Notes: generated by a model from the sequence alone, not told the origin. A stretch of 64,000 nt of DNA from a virus (IMGVR_UViG_3300020578_005505), one strand, 5' to 3'. Shown: positions 9,348 to 18,463, counted from the first letter of the stretch. A program made the numbers and translations.

Positions 9348-10217
9348 CTAGTTGTTTTTTCTGTCGCAAAGATCTGGTTTATCGAAATAGGGGCAAAATT
9401 TGCACTTAGCTATATTTTTAAAATAAATCTTTTCTTGATACCCTCCTTCTAAATTAAAGACATCATTTACGAAACTTTGAAAATCTTCAAAAGCATTCTT
9501 TACTTTCCTAATCCCGTGTGGGGGTATAAACTCCTGTACTCTCTTAGGGGCAAACTCAAGATTCTCATTGATTTTTCTACGTACTATAAAAAACTGTATG
9601 TCTATCTTATCTTCAGGAACATTGCGTAAAGCTGAGAAAAACCGTTTATACAAAAGAATTTGATTAATTTTAGTTTGATCTTTCTTCTCGTAGTCAGACC
9701 AGCCTCTTGTAGAAGTCTTAATATCGTAAATAGTATACTTATCGAGAATTTTATTATATATAACGAGATCAATGAAACCTTTCATCTTAACGAACTTCAA
9801 TTCTTCTACAATAGTCCCGTTAATAGGAATCTCTATACCAACGAGCTCGTGATTCTTTCTCTTAAAAAATAACCCTCGCTTTCTTTTAATAAAATTTAAT
9901 ATCGCTACTGCATCGTCATTGAACTCGCTTAGTTCTTCAGGATTTGAGAAATGGCTTACTACTGAGTTCTCCTTATATAATTCTATAAACCTAGTTTTAA
10001 AATAAGTAGGTAGATCGATCTTATCTGCTGCAGAGATCGATACCTCGAACATTACCTTTAAATAGTTTTGTAATGTTTCATGGAAGGCTGTACCGAAAAT
10101 TAAATGTACTGAAGGCTTAAAAGGTTGTAGCTTTTTAACATAAGATAGGTACCATTGGTGTGGACAAGTCTTATAGATTTGATATTGAGAAAATGATACA
10201 GTTTTATCTTTTGTCAT
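9348..10217 (-). CDS. Cas4-like PD-(D/E)XK exonuclease with Fe-S cysteine cluster
   Basis: N-terminal Cys (YKTCPHQWYLSY), D in GFIDLVIY, the DIK (E/DxK) motif, and a C-terminal CKFCPYFDKPDLC cluster. Confidence 0.6.
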   Translation of the reverse strand: MTKDKTVSFSQYQIYKTCPHQWYLSYVKKLQPFKPSVHLIFGTAFHETLQNYLKVMFEVSISAADKIDLPTYFKTRFIELYKENSVVSHFSNPEELSEFNDDAVAILNFIKRKRGLFFKRKNHELVGIEIPINGTIVEELKFVKMKGFIDLVIYNKILDKYTIYDIKTSTRGWSDYEKKDQTKINQILLYKRFFSALRNVPEDKIDIQFFIVRRKINENLEFAPKRVQEFIPPHGIRKVKNAFEDFQSFVNDVFNLEGGYQEKIYFKNIAKCKFCPYFDKPDLCDRKNN

Positions 10218-10515
10218 ATAACGCTCTTATTTTATTACCTAACTCTTGATCGTTAGGGTACTGTTTAACTAAATCCTGAACAGTATTAAGAGTCGTTATT
10301 TCTTTCTTTAAGTATTGAGCGAAATCTAAAGCTTCTTCATAAGCATGCTGAAGCATATTTTCGTGATTATTTTGACTAAGTGTTGAATTATACTTTTTCC
10401 AACCTCTATCAGCTCTACTGTTTAAATCGCTAATAACCGCTTTCGTAATACTATCCTCAGGTCTTCCAGGTCCGTTTGTAATTGTAATAGCCCCTAAATC
10501 TCTATTCCAAGTCAT
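10204..10515 (-). CDS. Hypothetical protein
   Basis: Shares the C-terminal motif PNDQELGxK(I/V)RxL with ORF 29421-29756. Confidence 0.3.
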   Translation of the reverse strand: MTWNRDLGAITITNGPGRPEDSITKAVISDLNSRADRGWKKYNSTLSQNNHENMLQHAYEEALDFAQYLKKEITTLNTVQDLVKQYPNDQELGNKIRALYDKR

Positions 10516-10735
10516 TAGCTAAATTTTTAGGTTGAAACTCTTTATTTACGTATCCGCATTTACTACAAGCAAAACTCGGAATAGGTATAAGAGCGTCGCT
10601 GTCAGTACCGGCAATGAATTTGCTTACTTTTCGTAAGAAGGTTACTTGCGTAAATTTATCATTTCCACACTCGTCGCATGTAATGGAAATAGTCTTATCA
10701 AGAGATATGTTAAGATTCACTTGCTTTTGCAGCAT
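10502..10735 (-). CDS. Hypothetical Zn-ribbon protein
   Basis: CDECGN...CSKCGY. Confidence 0.3.
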   Translation of the reverse strand: MLQKQVNLNISLDKTISITCDECGNDKFTQVTFLRKVSKFIAGTDSDALIPIPSFACSKCGYVNKEFQPKNLANDLE

Positions 10736-10792
10736 ATTATCTAGTTTATACTTTTATTATAAGAAAAAAGTTACTGCTCTTCAACTTGTTTT

Positions 10793-11092
10793 TTATTTTT
10801 TGTTAGTTAATTTATTTTCTAATCTATCAAAACGTGAATCCATTTGACTGTAAATATCTCTTTCAACATTATCAACATGTCTAGATACGTTTTGAATTTC
10901 AGTATTAATTATTCTGAGAATGTTTTCATTTTCACGAGATAATAACGTTTCTAGATCATTAACTCGTATTTGTACTTTATTTACCTTAACGAATGCGTAA
11001 ACAGCAACTATTGCCGTAGCAATAACCACCACAGACGCTATCCCTAAAATGAATGATAGTGTTTCCATAATTTGTCTCTCCTTATATGTCAA
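10793..11092 (-). CDS. Small membrane/coiled-coil protein
   Basis: N-terminal transmembrane helix followed by a coiled-coil-like segment. Confidence 0.3.
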   Translation of the reverse strand: MTYKERQIMETLSFILGIASVVVIATAIVAVYAFVKVNKVQIRVNDLETLLSRENENILRIINTEIQNVSRHVDNVERDIYSQMDSRFDRLENKLTNKK

Positions 11093-11106
11093 AGAGCAGT
11101 AACTTG

Positions 11107-11204
11107 GAACAGGGGAAGGAATCGAACCTTCACGCCTTGCGGCAGACTTTCGTCTACGTCTAACCTTCGGCGGTCATATGCCCGCTCTTTTTCGCCACCC
11201 TGTT
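11107..11204 (-). tRNA. tRNA-like gene of unusual length (about 98 nt), possibly with a long variable arm; anticodon unresolved
   Basis: Minus strand. 5' AACAGGG pairs with 3' CCCTGTT. Canonical T arm GAAGG-TTCGATT-CCTTC. The interior holds two GNRA-capped hairpins (AGAC-GAAA-GTCT and GCC-GCAA-GGC) and a GCGG/CCGC hairpin around a CATATG palindrome. No standard cloverleaf could be folded by eye. Confidence 0.35.
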
Positions 11205-11206
11205 CG

Positions 11207-11280
11207 TTGACTCTACTGGAATCGAACCAGTCACCTACTGATTATGAGTCAGCCGCTCTCACCAACTGAGCTAAGAGTCA
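11207..11280 (-). tRNA. tRNA-Met (anticodon CAT; could be initiator, elongator or a lysidine-modified Ile)
   Basis: Full cloverleaf on the minus strand: acceptor TGACTCT/AGAGTCA, D stem GCTC/GAGC with 9-nt loop, anticodon stem GCTGA/TCAGT, loop CTCATAA, T arm ACTGG-TTCGATT-CCAGT, discriminator A. CCA not encoded. Confidence 0.8.
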
Positions 11281-11287
11281 GTATAAG

Positions 11288-11360
11288 GTGACTATACTGG
11301 AATCGAACCAGTGGCACGGCCTGATTTAGGGCTTGCTCTAACCTTCTGAGCTAATAGTCA
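11288..11360 (-). tRNA. tRNA with atypical anticodon arm (anticodon ambiguous; possible 8-nt loop CTAAATCA)
   Basis: Acceptor TGACTAT/ATAGTCA, D stem GCTC/GAGC, T arm ACTGG-TTCGATT-CCAGT are all canonical. The anticodon stem AGCCC/GGCCG pairs only 3 of 5, leaving 3 bp with an 8-nt loop, or a mismatched stem around loop TAAATCA. Confidence 0.45.
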
Positions 11361-11580
11361 CTCCGTTTTGTAAACGCTTTCAAACCGTCTTCAGTATACT
11401 AATATAAGTATTTTATTTTAAATTACAAACATTTAAATAAAAAAAAAGAGTTTACAGCAAATCTCTTCTCTTAGATAGTGGCGTTTTCCTTTTTTGCCTC
11501 TTTGGTAGCATACTTTATACCCATAATTGTTCCGACTATTGCCTCTAACCTGCTTACCAACTCCTCTTTTGACAGATTTT

Positions 11581-11823
11581 TCATTTTTCGTCGCTTTTGT
11601 TCTTATTGATAAACTTGTCGACTGATGCAATACCAAAAGAGCCGAGAACTATTATCATAAAACCATCAAATACAAATTCATGTATAGGCATATCTTTTCC
11701 CATTACTCCTGTAATAATATCTATTACTAGAGTAATTACCATCATAATAAATGCACCAAATCCTACAACTGCTTTTTCATTAATTGTGTTGCTGTCATCA
11801 AACAGCGATTTAAACCATCTCAT
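11581..11823 (-). CDS. Small membrane protein
   Basis: 80 aa with two predicted transmembrane helices. Confidence 0.3.
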   Translation of the reverse strand: MRWFKSLFDDSNTINEKAVVGFGAFIMMVITLVIDIITGVMGKDMPIHEFVFDGFMIIVLGSFGIASVDKFINKNKSDEK

Positions 11824-11915
11824 ACTCTTGATTTTTGATTATTATTAATGACTATTTGTATGTAGTGTTATTTTTGATTATTATTTAGCTTGCTACATAA
11901 ACTTAATTCTTATTT

Positions 11916-12239
11916 TTATACTGCAAACGATTCTCCGCAACCGCAGGTTCTATTTGCATTTGGGTTTATAAATTGAAATCCTTTACCATTTAATCCATCA
12001 CTAAATTCTAATTCAGTGCCAAATAAATATAATAAAGATTTCATGTTAACTAAAATTTTTACGTTCTTATCTTCAAATAATTCATCACCTTGTTTTTTAT
12101 CCGTATCAAATTCTAATTCATAAGTTAAGCCTGAGCAGCCTCCACCTTTAACTCCAACACGAAGATATGGTTTATTGAATCCACTTTGATTTATTAATTC
12201 ATGGATTTTTTTACTTGCTGTTTCTGTTACTGTAATCAT
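11916..12239 (-). CDS. Iron-sulfur cluster insertion protein (IscA/HesB/ErpA family)
   Basis: GCSGLTYELEFD and a C-terminal CGCGESF motif, the hallmark of A-type Fe-S carriers. 107 aa. Confidence 0.75.
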   Translation of the reverse strand: MITVTETASKKIHELINQSGFNKPYLRVGVKGGGCSGLTYELEFDTDKKQGDELFEDKNVKILVNMKSLLYLFGTELEFSDGLNGKGFQFINPNANRTCGCGESFAV

Positions 12240-12240
12240 A

Positions 12241-13098
12241 TTAAAAATTAAACCCAGTTCCTAACCAAAACGTCTTTCTAAATGGGTCATAATCTGCAGA
12301 AATTGATACAAATTTATAATCATGAGTAATTCCAACACTTGTTGAAACGTAATTGTCTATAAAGTTTTTAAACGAGTATCTTCCATTATTAGAAAGTATT
12401 TTCAGCTCATCATAAAACTGAAAATTTTCCTGCTCGTTTCCTATACCAAATGATAAATTAACACCAAAATGTTTCATTTCCCTTCCTACTCCAAAATATA
12501 CTGACCATCCTTTAATTATATCTACTAATCTCTGGTCATTCCAAACTGTTGAAGCATTATAAAAATTCACATTTGAGTGATTATAAAATTCAGAGCGGTC
12601 ACCACTCATAATTTTGTTAAACTGCCCTTTTAAATAAACGCCTTTTCCAATTGTAAACCATGCTCCAAGTTCATTATTCGTTGATAAATTAATACCAACT
12701 CTAACTTTATTTTTTTTACTAATAATAGTATCTCTTTTACCATTTAAATGCTGAAATATTTTTGCAGGTTTTTTATATCCCCATCTGTCGTATACATTCC
12801 AATCATAAACATTATTGTAGAAATATGGAGCTCCCCATCTACGCCATTGATTCCATCCGCCAATTCCACCCCACATCGGTGGAGAAGGCGGTTTAAAAGT
12901 GTTTTGTTTAGACCTATATTGTTCTCTTTTTATTTCTTGTTTATCGAAACTTTCGGTGGTTGTGATTCGCGATGTAGCAGTAGTTGATTGTGAAGAAATA
13001 TTATTACGAATTGATAATTTCTGGTCTTTTTCAGTTTGAGAAAAAGTTGAAAATTGTAATAAGAATATTAAAAAAACAAATAAAATACATTTTTTCAT
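12241..13098 (-). CDS. Putative outer-membrane beta-barrel protein
   Basis: Signal peptide MKKCILFVFLIFLLQFSTFSQ, alternating aromatic/Gly-rich beta-strand pattern, and a C-terminal aromatic beta-signal (...WLGTGFNF). Confidence 0.45.
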   Translation of the reverse strand: MKKCILFVFLIFLLQFSTFSQTEKDQKLSIRNNISSQSTTATSRITTTESFDKQEIKREQYRSKQNTFKPPSPPMWGGIGGWNQWRRWGAPYFYNNVYDWNVYDRWGYKKPAKIFQHLNGKRDTIISKKNKVRVGINLSTNNELGAWFTIGKGVYLKGQFNKIMSGDRSEFYNHSNVNFYNASTVWNDQRLVDIIKGWSVYFGVGREMKHFGVNLSFGIGNEQENFQFYDELKILSNNGRYSFKNFIDNYVSTSVGITHDYKFVSISADYDPFRKTFWLGTGFNF

Positions 13099-13269
13099 AA
13101 TACTTTATTTAACTATGTATCATTTTTGTTACCTTTTATAGGCCCGGTCTTTAATTTATTTGAAAAATTTCCTGTATATACACCAGTAGGTTGTACTACT
13201 ATAAAGGTGCTTAATGAAAAAGATATAGATGTAAGTAACGTTTTCATACTCTTTTACATCTATAAATAG

Positions 13270-13677
13270 TGGAGGAGACGGGAATCGAACCCGTGTATCC
13301 ATAAGGAACAATAACACCAGCGTATCACATGCTTAGATCTGCAAGCTGATCAGTAGTTGGGGCCACTAGTTTTGGTTAGCGTGCCTTCCACCACCTAATT
13401 TTACTCTAAACTAGGAAACTCACGGCTCGCAATATGCGTCCGGATGCCGTCTCTATAGCGTACGACTCGCTGCTGTTCTGTTGCGAGGCTATCAGCTGCC
13501 CCAAGCTTACTAAGCCGCGTATGCGTACTCTTCAGCACCTACAAATGCCACTAGGTCATCATAGGTCATTGTTGACATTTCGTCATTTATTGTTTGAAAA
13601 TTTGTTTAAAGGCGACATATCCAAACGCCTGCATGTAGTATTACCTTCACATTACGGAGCAATACCTGGACTCCCCC
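13270..13677 (-). ncRNA. ssrA: tmRNA (SsrA); predicted tag GAEEYAYAA followed by two stop codons
   Basis: Minus strand. 5' GGGGGAG pairs with 3' CTCCTCC including a G3-U70 wobble, plus discriminator A73, which are the alanine identity elements. T arm ACGGG-TTCGATT-CCCGT. Internal reading frame GGT GCT GAA GAG TAC GCA TAC GCG GCT TAG TAA encodes GAEEYAYAA, the same pattern as Bacteroidetes tags such as GENNYALAA. Confidence 0.8.
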
Positions 13678-13756
13678 ATATTATAAAGAACTAACTATAA
13701 AGCAAAAGATATTGATCCTGCGTAGCCTTAGCGGCTGATTATTAGATGAAATCTTT

Positions 13757-14647
13757 TTACTTTACCTTTAAGGTTGAAGCACTATCACCTGAACCTGGTT
13801 GTAGGTCAGCTGTAAATCCTATAAATGTACAAATGACTTGACCACCTTGACCTTGTCTATTTGTTTGAGACGTATTTATTTGTCCCCATTTATCAGAACA
13901 TTTTACAGGATAGGAAGGATTACTACATGCTGGAGGTGGTGAATACTGTCTGTATCCCCAATCACATTGGTAAGGGAATACACCAGGAATATTTACACAT
14001 TCAGCAAAAGTAGCACCGTTTGTTGAACCAACGAATGGCTTAAGTTTTCCTGTGTTATCTTTATATCCGAAATCCCAAAATGCTCCGAAATTTGGAGAAA
14101 GGACGGAATCTACTCTCGGACCGAATGAAGTTACGTTTTGTTGTAGTATGGAATGTAGTCCATCAACACATGTGATATCAAATGATTCGCCCGCACCTGT
14201 TAGCTCACCGTTTTGCCACCATGTATTTACCGTAAATTCGAAATTATTAATACCGAATGGATAACCTGCAGCTTGTGCAGCTGTACACGCTTGGTTTTGA
14301 ACTCCCCATGTAACGATAACACCAGTTAAAGCGGTTGTATCGCCTAAGTGATATTCAATACCTTTTTTAGCCCAAAAGTTACCAACATCTGATTGACTGT
14401 TGAACATGTTCGAAGAGTCCATACCAAATAGACCAACAATTGATTCTCCTGCTTGGAGGGTAACCCACACTTGAACTGAATCAAGTTGTGATTTGTTTAC
14501 TAACACGACATCAGTGTATTGTGTTGTATCTACTGTTGGTAATGGTTGAGGTGGAGTTGGAGTTGGTTGATTCCAATTCCATAAAATTGCTCCTGCTATG
14601 AGAGAACCAATTCCGAGTGCAATTAAAATTTTTGCAATTTTTTTCAT
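13757..14647 (-). CDS. Secreted or membrane-anchored Cys-rich protein of unknown function
   Basis: N-terminal hydrophobic anchor/signal, Pro/Thr-rich linker (PTPTPPQPLPT), then a domain with about 10 Cys. Confidence 0.4.
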   Translation of the reverse strand: MKKIAKILIALGIGSLIAGAILWNWNQPTPTPPQPLPTVDTTQYTDVVLVNKSQLDSVQVWVTLQAGESIVGLFGMDSSNMFNSQSDVGNFWAKKGIEYHLGDTTALTGVIVTWGVQNQACTAAQAAGYPFGINNFEFTVNTWWQNGELTGAGESFDITCVDGLHSILQQNVTSFGPRVDSVLSPNFGAFWDFGYKDNTGKLKPFVGSTNGATFAECVNIPGVFPYQCDWGYRQYSPPPACSNPSYPVKCSDKWGQINTSQTNRQGQGGQVICTFIGFTADLQPGSGDSASTLKVK

Positions 14648-14783
14648 GATTTTATTTTATTTTTATTTTATGTGTAATTATTAGTTATAAATATATAAAA
14701 TTAGACTAAAAAGTAAAGATAAGGCTTGTAAGGTGTCAAGGTATTACAAGAATATAGATGGTTGCTAGAGTTTACGATATAAT

Positions 14784-15035
14784 TTACCTGAATTGTGATA
14801 AAGCTTGTTTTAATTGCGATTTTGATATAACGCCGGAATTTCTATATAAAACACTTCCGTTGTTTTCAATCATTATAGTTGGAACACTTGTTACACCGTA
14901 CTTCATCGCCATATCTCTCTGCTGATCTACGTCTACATAAACTATGCCGATTTCAAGTTCCGAGCTTACTTCTTGGACTATTGGCTTAAACATTTTACAA
15001 GGTCCACACCAGGCTGCAGTAAAATAATATACCAT
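14784..15035 (-). CDS. Thioredoxin
   Basis: WCGPCK active site, 83 aa. Confidence 0.7.
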   Translation of the reverse strand: MVYYFTAAWCGPCKMFKPIVQEVSSELEIGIVYVDVDQQRDMAMKYGVTSVPTIMIENNGSVLYRNSGVISKSQLKQALSQFR

Positions 15036-15052
15036 ACTTCTTTTTTGTAAAA

Positions 15053-15403
15053 TTAAGAATTTTTCTCTGATGAAACAATATCTACAGAATGTTTTTGCTG
15101 TTCACCTGGAATCGATACTATTTGTGGTTCAATTTTATAAGTAGAGTTAAGAGTTTTCACTAAATCATATCCTTCATGTTCCCAAATTTCTAAAACCTGT
15201 GATGTATGAAAGTAGCGGTCAGGTCCGTCTAGAATAAACACGCATTGGTACTTATTGGAATTCTCTAAATGAAGAAGTCCTTTTTCTACACGTCCGACCT
15301 CAACGCCATTAGGGTGATTATCAGAAAATCTTCTATCTTCTGTTTTAGTGAGTTTTAACAAGACTCCTTGATACTTTGCAAAATCAAAAGTTTTATTTTC
15401 CAT
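15053..15403 (-). CDS. Hypothetical protein
   Basis: ORF only. Confidence 0.3.
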   Translation of the reverse strand: MENKTFDFAKYQGVLLKLTKTEDRRFSDNHPNGVEVGRVEKGLLHLENSNKYQCVFILDGPDRYFHTSQVLEIWEHEGYDLVKTLNSTYKIEPQIVSIPGEQQKHSVDIVSSEKNS

Positions 15404-15405
15404 TA

Positions 15406-16170
15406 TTAATAAATTACATTTTTATTTTTAATATCAATATCAATTACAATAGGTTTATTTATAGGGTCATAAAATCGATCGCATATGCTAGCGTTTACAT
15501 ATACTGTACCGTTAACTATACTTTCTCCATACCCTTCGTGTATATGTCCACATACATGTAGTACTGGTTTTATTTCTTCAATCTTATTTCTTAATTCTTC
15601 ACATCCTGCATATTCTTTAGTAGATGGAACATAATCTAACCGACCTATAACAGGACAGTGGGTTATTATAATATCAGTATCTACTGGAATTTTATTCCAA
15701 ACCTCTTTTATTTCAGCTCCTCTTTGTTTATTGAAAGCCCACTTTTCTCCAAAAAACCAAGGCGTTACAGGAGATCCCCATATCTTAAGTTTATTTACAG
15801 TTACGTCCTGGTTTTCCAAATAAGTAACGCTAGAACTGCTAGATTTAAGATCAGATAAAATATTACAAACCCACTCGGGCTTTTTAAGGTGCGAAAAATC
15901 GCCCCATAAATCGTTATCTTCATACTCTCTAAAATATTTTGGATCAAAACTCCTATCATGATTTCCAGCTATAAAAATAGCTCCGTATGTATAGTTTTTT
16001 GATTGCTGGTCTAACCATTTAATAAAATTTTGAACTTCTCCTTTTTGACCAACACTAGAAAAATCTCCTGCATGTATTAACAAGTCGCCTTCTTTGAGAA
16101 TGTTTCCCGTTCCCTTCGAAGTTAAATACTTATGTCTAGTATGAGTATCACTTATAAGAACTACTCTCAT
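15406..16170 (-). CDS. Calcineurin-like metallophosphoesterase
   Basis: Motifs LISDTH, HAGD, GNHD and CGHIHEG (DxH...GD...GNH[DE]...GHxH). Confidence 0.65.
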   Translation of the reverse strand: MRVVLISDTHTRHKYLTSKGTGNILKEGDLLIHAGDFSSVGQKGEVQNFIKWLDQQSKNYTYGAIFIAGNHDRSFDPKYFREYEDNDLWGDFSHLKKPEWVCNILSDLKSSSSSVTYLENQDVTVNKLKIWGSPVTPWFFGEKWAFNKQRGAEIKEVWNKIPVDTDIIITHCPVIGRLDYVPSTKEYAGCEELRNKIEEIKPVLHVCGHIHEGYGESIVNGTVYVNASICDRFYDPINKPIVIDIDIKNKNVIY

Positions 16171-16258
16171 ACCTTAAATTTAAATTATTAAAAACTTAAT
16201 ATAAACATCCATAAATAAATAGGAATTCTAGTTAAATCAGAAGCTATTAGTATATTTT

Positions 16259-17881
16259 TTAAATTTCTTCATCTTTTTTCTTATCGTCTTTTTTTTCGAA
16301 AATTACTGATTCTGTTGTTAGTATAGTACCTGCTACGGAGGCAGCATTTTCAAGAGCAGTACGTGTGACTTTAGTCGGATCAAGAAGACCTGCTTCAGTT
16401 GCCTCTACTACTTTTTGATTTTTAGCATCATAAGTGTGAGCTGATTCTTGACTTTCATAATTCTTAATTTCACTTAAAATACGGTAGTGATCTTCAATAC
16501 CACAGTTTGTTAAAATTACTTTGAAAGGAGCATGACAAGCTCTTTTAACTATATTCCAACCTTTTTGCTCATCGCTTGATGTTAAAGGTAATTTAATATT
16601 TTCGAATGCTGTAATTAATGCAAGTCCTCCACCAGGAACTACGCCTTCTACTAGAGCTGCTTTAGTAGCAAACAAAGCATCTTCTACCCTATCTTTCTTT
16701 TCTTTAATCTCAATATCGGAATTTCCTCCTACTGAAATAATAGCTACTCCGCCAACTAATTTACCAAGCCTCTCCTGAAGCTTTTCTTTCTCATAAAATG
16801 ATGTAGCTTTTTCAATTTGATCTTTTATCTCTTCAGCTCTTAAGCTTATAGCATCTATATTACCTTTGCCATCAACTATAGTAGTGGTTTCTTTAGATAC
16901 CGTAACAGTTCTTGCGACTCCGAAAAATTCCGTTAACTGTAACGGGGTTATTTTCTCTAGTTTATGTCCTTTATTTTTAGAAATTACCTGTCCCCCGGTT
17001 AAAATAGCTAGATCTTCTAAGATTAAAGTACGGCGTTCCCCAAAGTCAGGAGCTTTTACTCCTGCTACATAAACTATACCGCGCATTTTATTTACTATCA
17101 AAGTAGCAAGCGCTTCGTCTTCTATATCTTCAGCTACTATTAGTAAAGCTTTTTGATCGGAGTTGGCTTTAGTTAACGAATTTAAAATATCAGCAGCTTT
17201 AGTGATACGGCCATCGTAAATAAGAATATAAGGTTCATTCAAGACTGCATGCATTGTAGTATTATTAGTAACGAAGTATGGGGATTTGTATCCTCTATCA
17301 AACTGCATACCTTCTACTATCTCCAAAGCAGTTTCACCTGTTTTAGATTCTTCAATAGTAACAATACCTTCTCTTCCTACTTTTTCAATAGCAGCTGATA
17401 TTAGATTGCCTATCTCAATATCGTTATTTGCAGAGATAGCTGCTACTTGACGAATTTGATCTTGAGAGGAAATATCTTTCGATATTTTTTTTAAGTTATC
17501 GATAACTTCTTTTACGTAAACCTCAATAGCTTTCTTAACCTCTACTGGGTTAGATCCTTGATTAATAAGCTTTAATCCTTCTTCAACCATTGTTGTAGCA
17601 AGAAGAGTAGAGGTAGTAGTTCCGTCTCCTGCTTCATTAGCAGACTTTATGGATACCTGCTTTACTAGCTGGGCACCAAGGTCTTCAACCTGGTCTTCAA
17701 GTTCGTGAAAGGAACGAGCTACTGTAACTCCGTCTTTAGTTACTTTTACTTCGCCAGATTTTTCTTTAATTAACACTGTACGGCCTCCTGGCCCTAAAGT
17801 GGAAGTTACCGATTCATTTAATTTTTTAATACCCGCAAGTAACTTATTTTTTAATTCAATTCCAAATACTGTTGTTGTCAT
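16259..17881 (-). CDS. groEL: Chaperonin GroEL (Cpn60)
   Basis: Full-length GroEL homology, including a GGM-type C-terminal tail variant. The likely true start is [13 protein letters not shown] at 17881, one nucleotide after the GroES stop. The track ORF extends to 17926 through an in-frame upstream ATG. Confidence 0.9.
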   Translation of the reverse strand: MTTTVFGIELKNKLLAGIKKLNESVTSTLGPGGRTVLIKEKSGEVKVTKDGVTVARSFHELEDQVEDLGAQLVKQVSIKSANEAGDGTTTSTLLATTMVEEGLKLINQGSNPVEVKKAIEVYVKEVIDNLKKISKDISSQDQIRQVAAISANNDIEIGNLISAAIEKVGREGIVTIEESKTGETALEIVEGMQFDRGYKSPYFVTNNTTMHAVLNEPYILIYDGRITKAADILNSLTKANSDQKALLIVAEDIEDEALATLIVNKMRGIVYVAGVKAPDFGERRTLILEDLAILTGGQVISKNKGHKLEKITPLQLTEFFGVARTVTVSKETTTIVDGKGNIDAISLRAEEIKDQIEKATSFYEKEKLQERLGKLVGGVAIISVGGNSDIEIKEKKDRVEDALFATKAALVEGVVPGGGLALITAFENIKLPLTSSDEQKGWNIVKRACHAPFKVILTNCGIEDHYRILSEIKNYESQESAHTYDAKNQKVVEATEAGLLDPTKVTRTALENAASVAGTILTTESVIFEKKDDKKKDEEI

Positions 17882-17882
17882 T

Positions 17883-18254
17883 TTATGATACTTTACTGTT
17901 GTTGTATTTTTCAAAATCAGGATCAACTACTGTCTCTTTAAGAACTGATAAAACACTTAATTGTCCGCTTAATTTTGCGTAGACGTCTTGCTCTTTGCAA
18001 ATAAAATATTCTTCGCTTTCTACAGTGATTCTTAGAGAACCTAGTTTAGGGATAAGAACTTTGTCTCCTAATTCAAGATTTGAAAGTACTAGTTTATCAG
18101 AATTAAAATTATACGTAGCAGAGACAGCAATCACTTCTCCCATCTCAGGCCTCTCTTTTCCTAAATCTGGAATAACAATATTACCATACATTTGTTCCTC
18201 TTCTTCTATAGGTCTTAAAATTAAATACCCATTTAACGGTTGTAACTTCGACAT
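17883..18254 (-). CDS. groES: Co-chaperonin GroES (Cpn10)
   Basis: GroES-like N-terminus (LQPLNGYLILRPIEEEE...GNIVIPD...GEVIAV), directly upstream of groEL. Longer than usual at 123 aa. Confidence 0.65.
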   Translation of the reverse strand: MSKLQPLNGYLILRPIEEEEQMYGNIVIPDLGKERPEMGEVIAVSATYNFNSDKLVLSNLELGDKVLIPKLGSLRITVESEEYFICKEQDVYAKLSGQLSVLSVLKETVVDPDFEKYNNSKVS

Positions 18255-18274
18255 ACTTTTTATTTTAATTTAAT

Positions 18275-18463
18275 TTAAGAAATAATCTCCAAATCTTCAA
18301 CTGTTACTAAAAAATAAAGTAATCCTTCTTTCTTTAATATTGTATCGGCCTGAAGATACTCTTTCCAGACTTCTATTACGGGAAAATCATCTTCCTTAAT
18401 AATTTTTTTAATTAAAAAGAGTTTGCTATTAAATGGAATAAACTGCTTAGTAAGTGTAAACAT
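18275..18463 (-). CDS. Small hypothetical protein
   Basis: 62 aa ORF. Confidence 0.25.
   Translation of the reverse strand: MFTLTKQFIPFNSKLFLIKKIIKEDDFPVIEVWKEYLQADTILKKEGLLYFLVTVEDLEIIS

Noticed and set aside
11072-11269. 65-aa plus-strand ORF
   Set aside because: It lies entirely over the minus-strand tRNA genes. It is Arg/Ser-rich, as expected when structured RNA is translated in an arbitrary frame.
11433-11636. 67-aa minus-strand ORF, K/R-rich
   Set aside because: It overlaps the start of the 11581-11823 membrane-protein gene and lies in an AT-rich intergenic leader with low-complexity composition.
13434-13694. 86-aa plus-strand ORF
   Set aside because: It overlaps the tmRNA gene on the opposite strand, and there is no supporting context.
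17882-17926. 15-codon N-terminal extension of GroEL in the track
   Set aside because: It would overlap all of the groES 3' end. The conserved GroEL N-terminus begins at the internal Met (MTTTVFG) at 17881.
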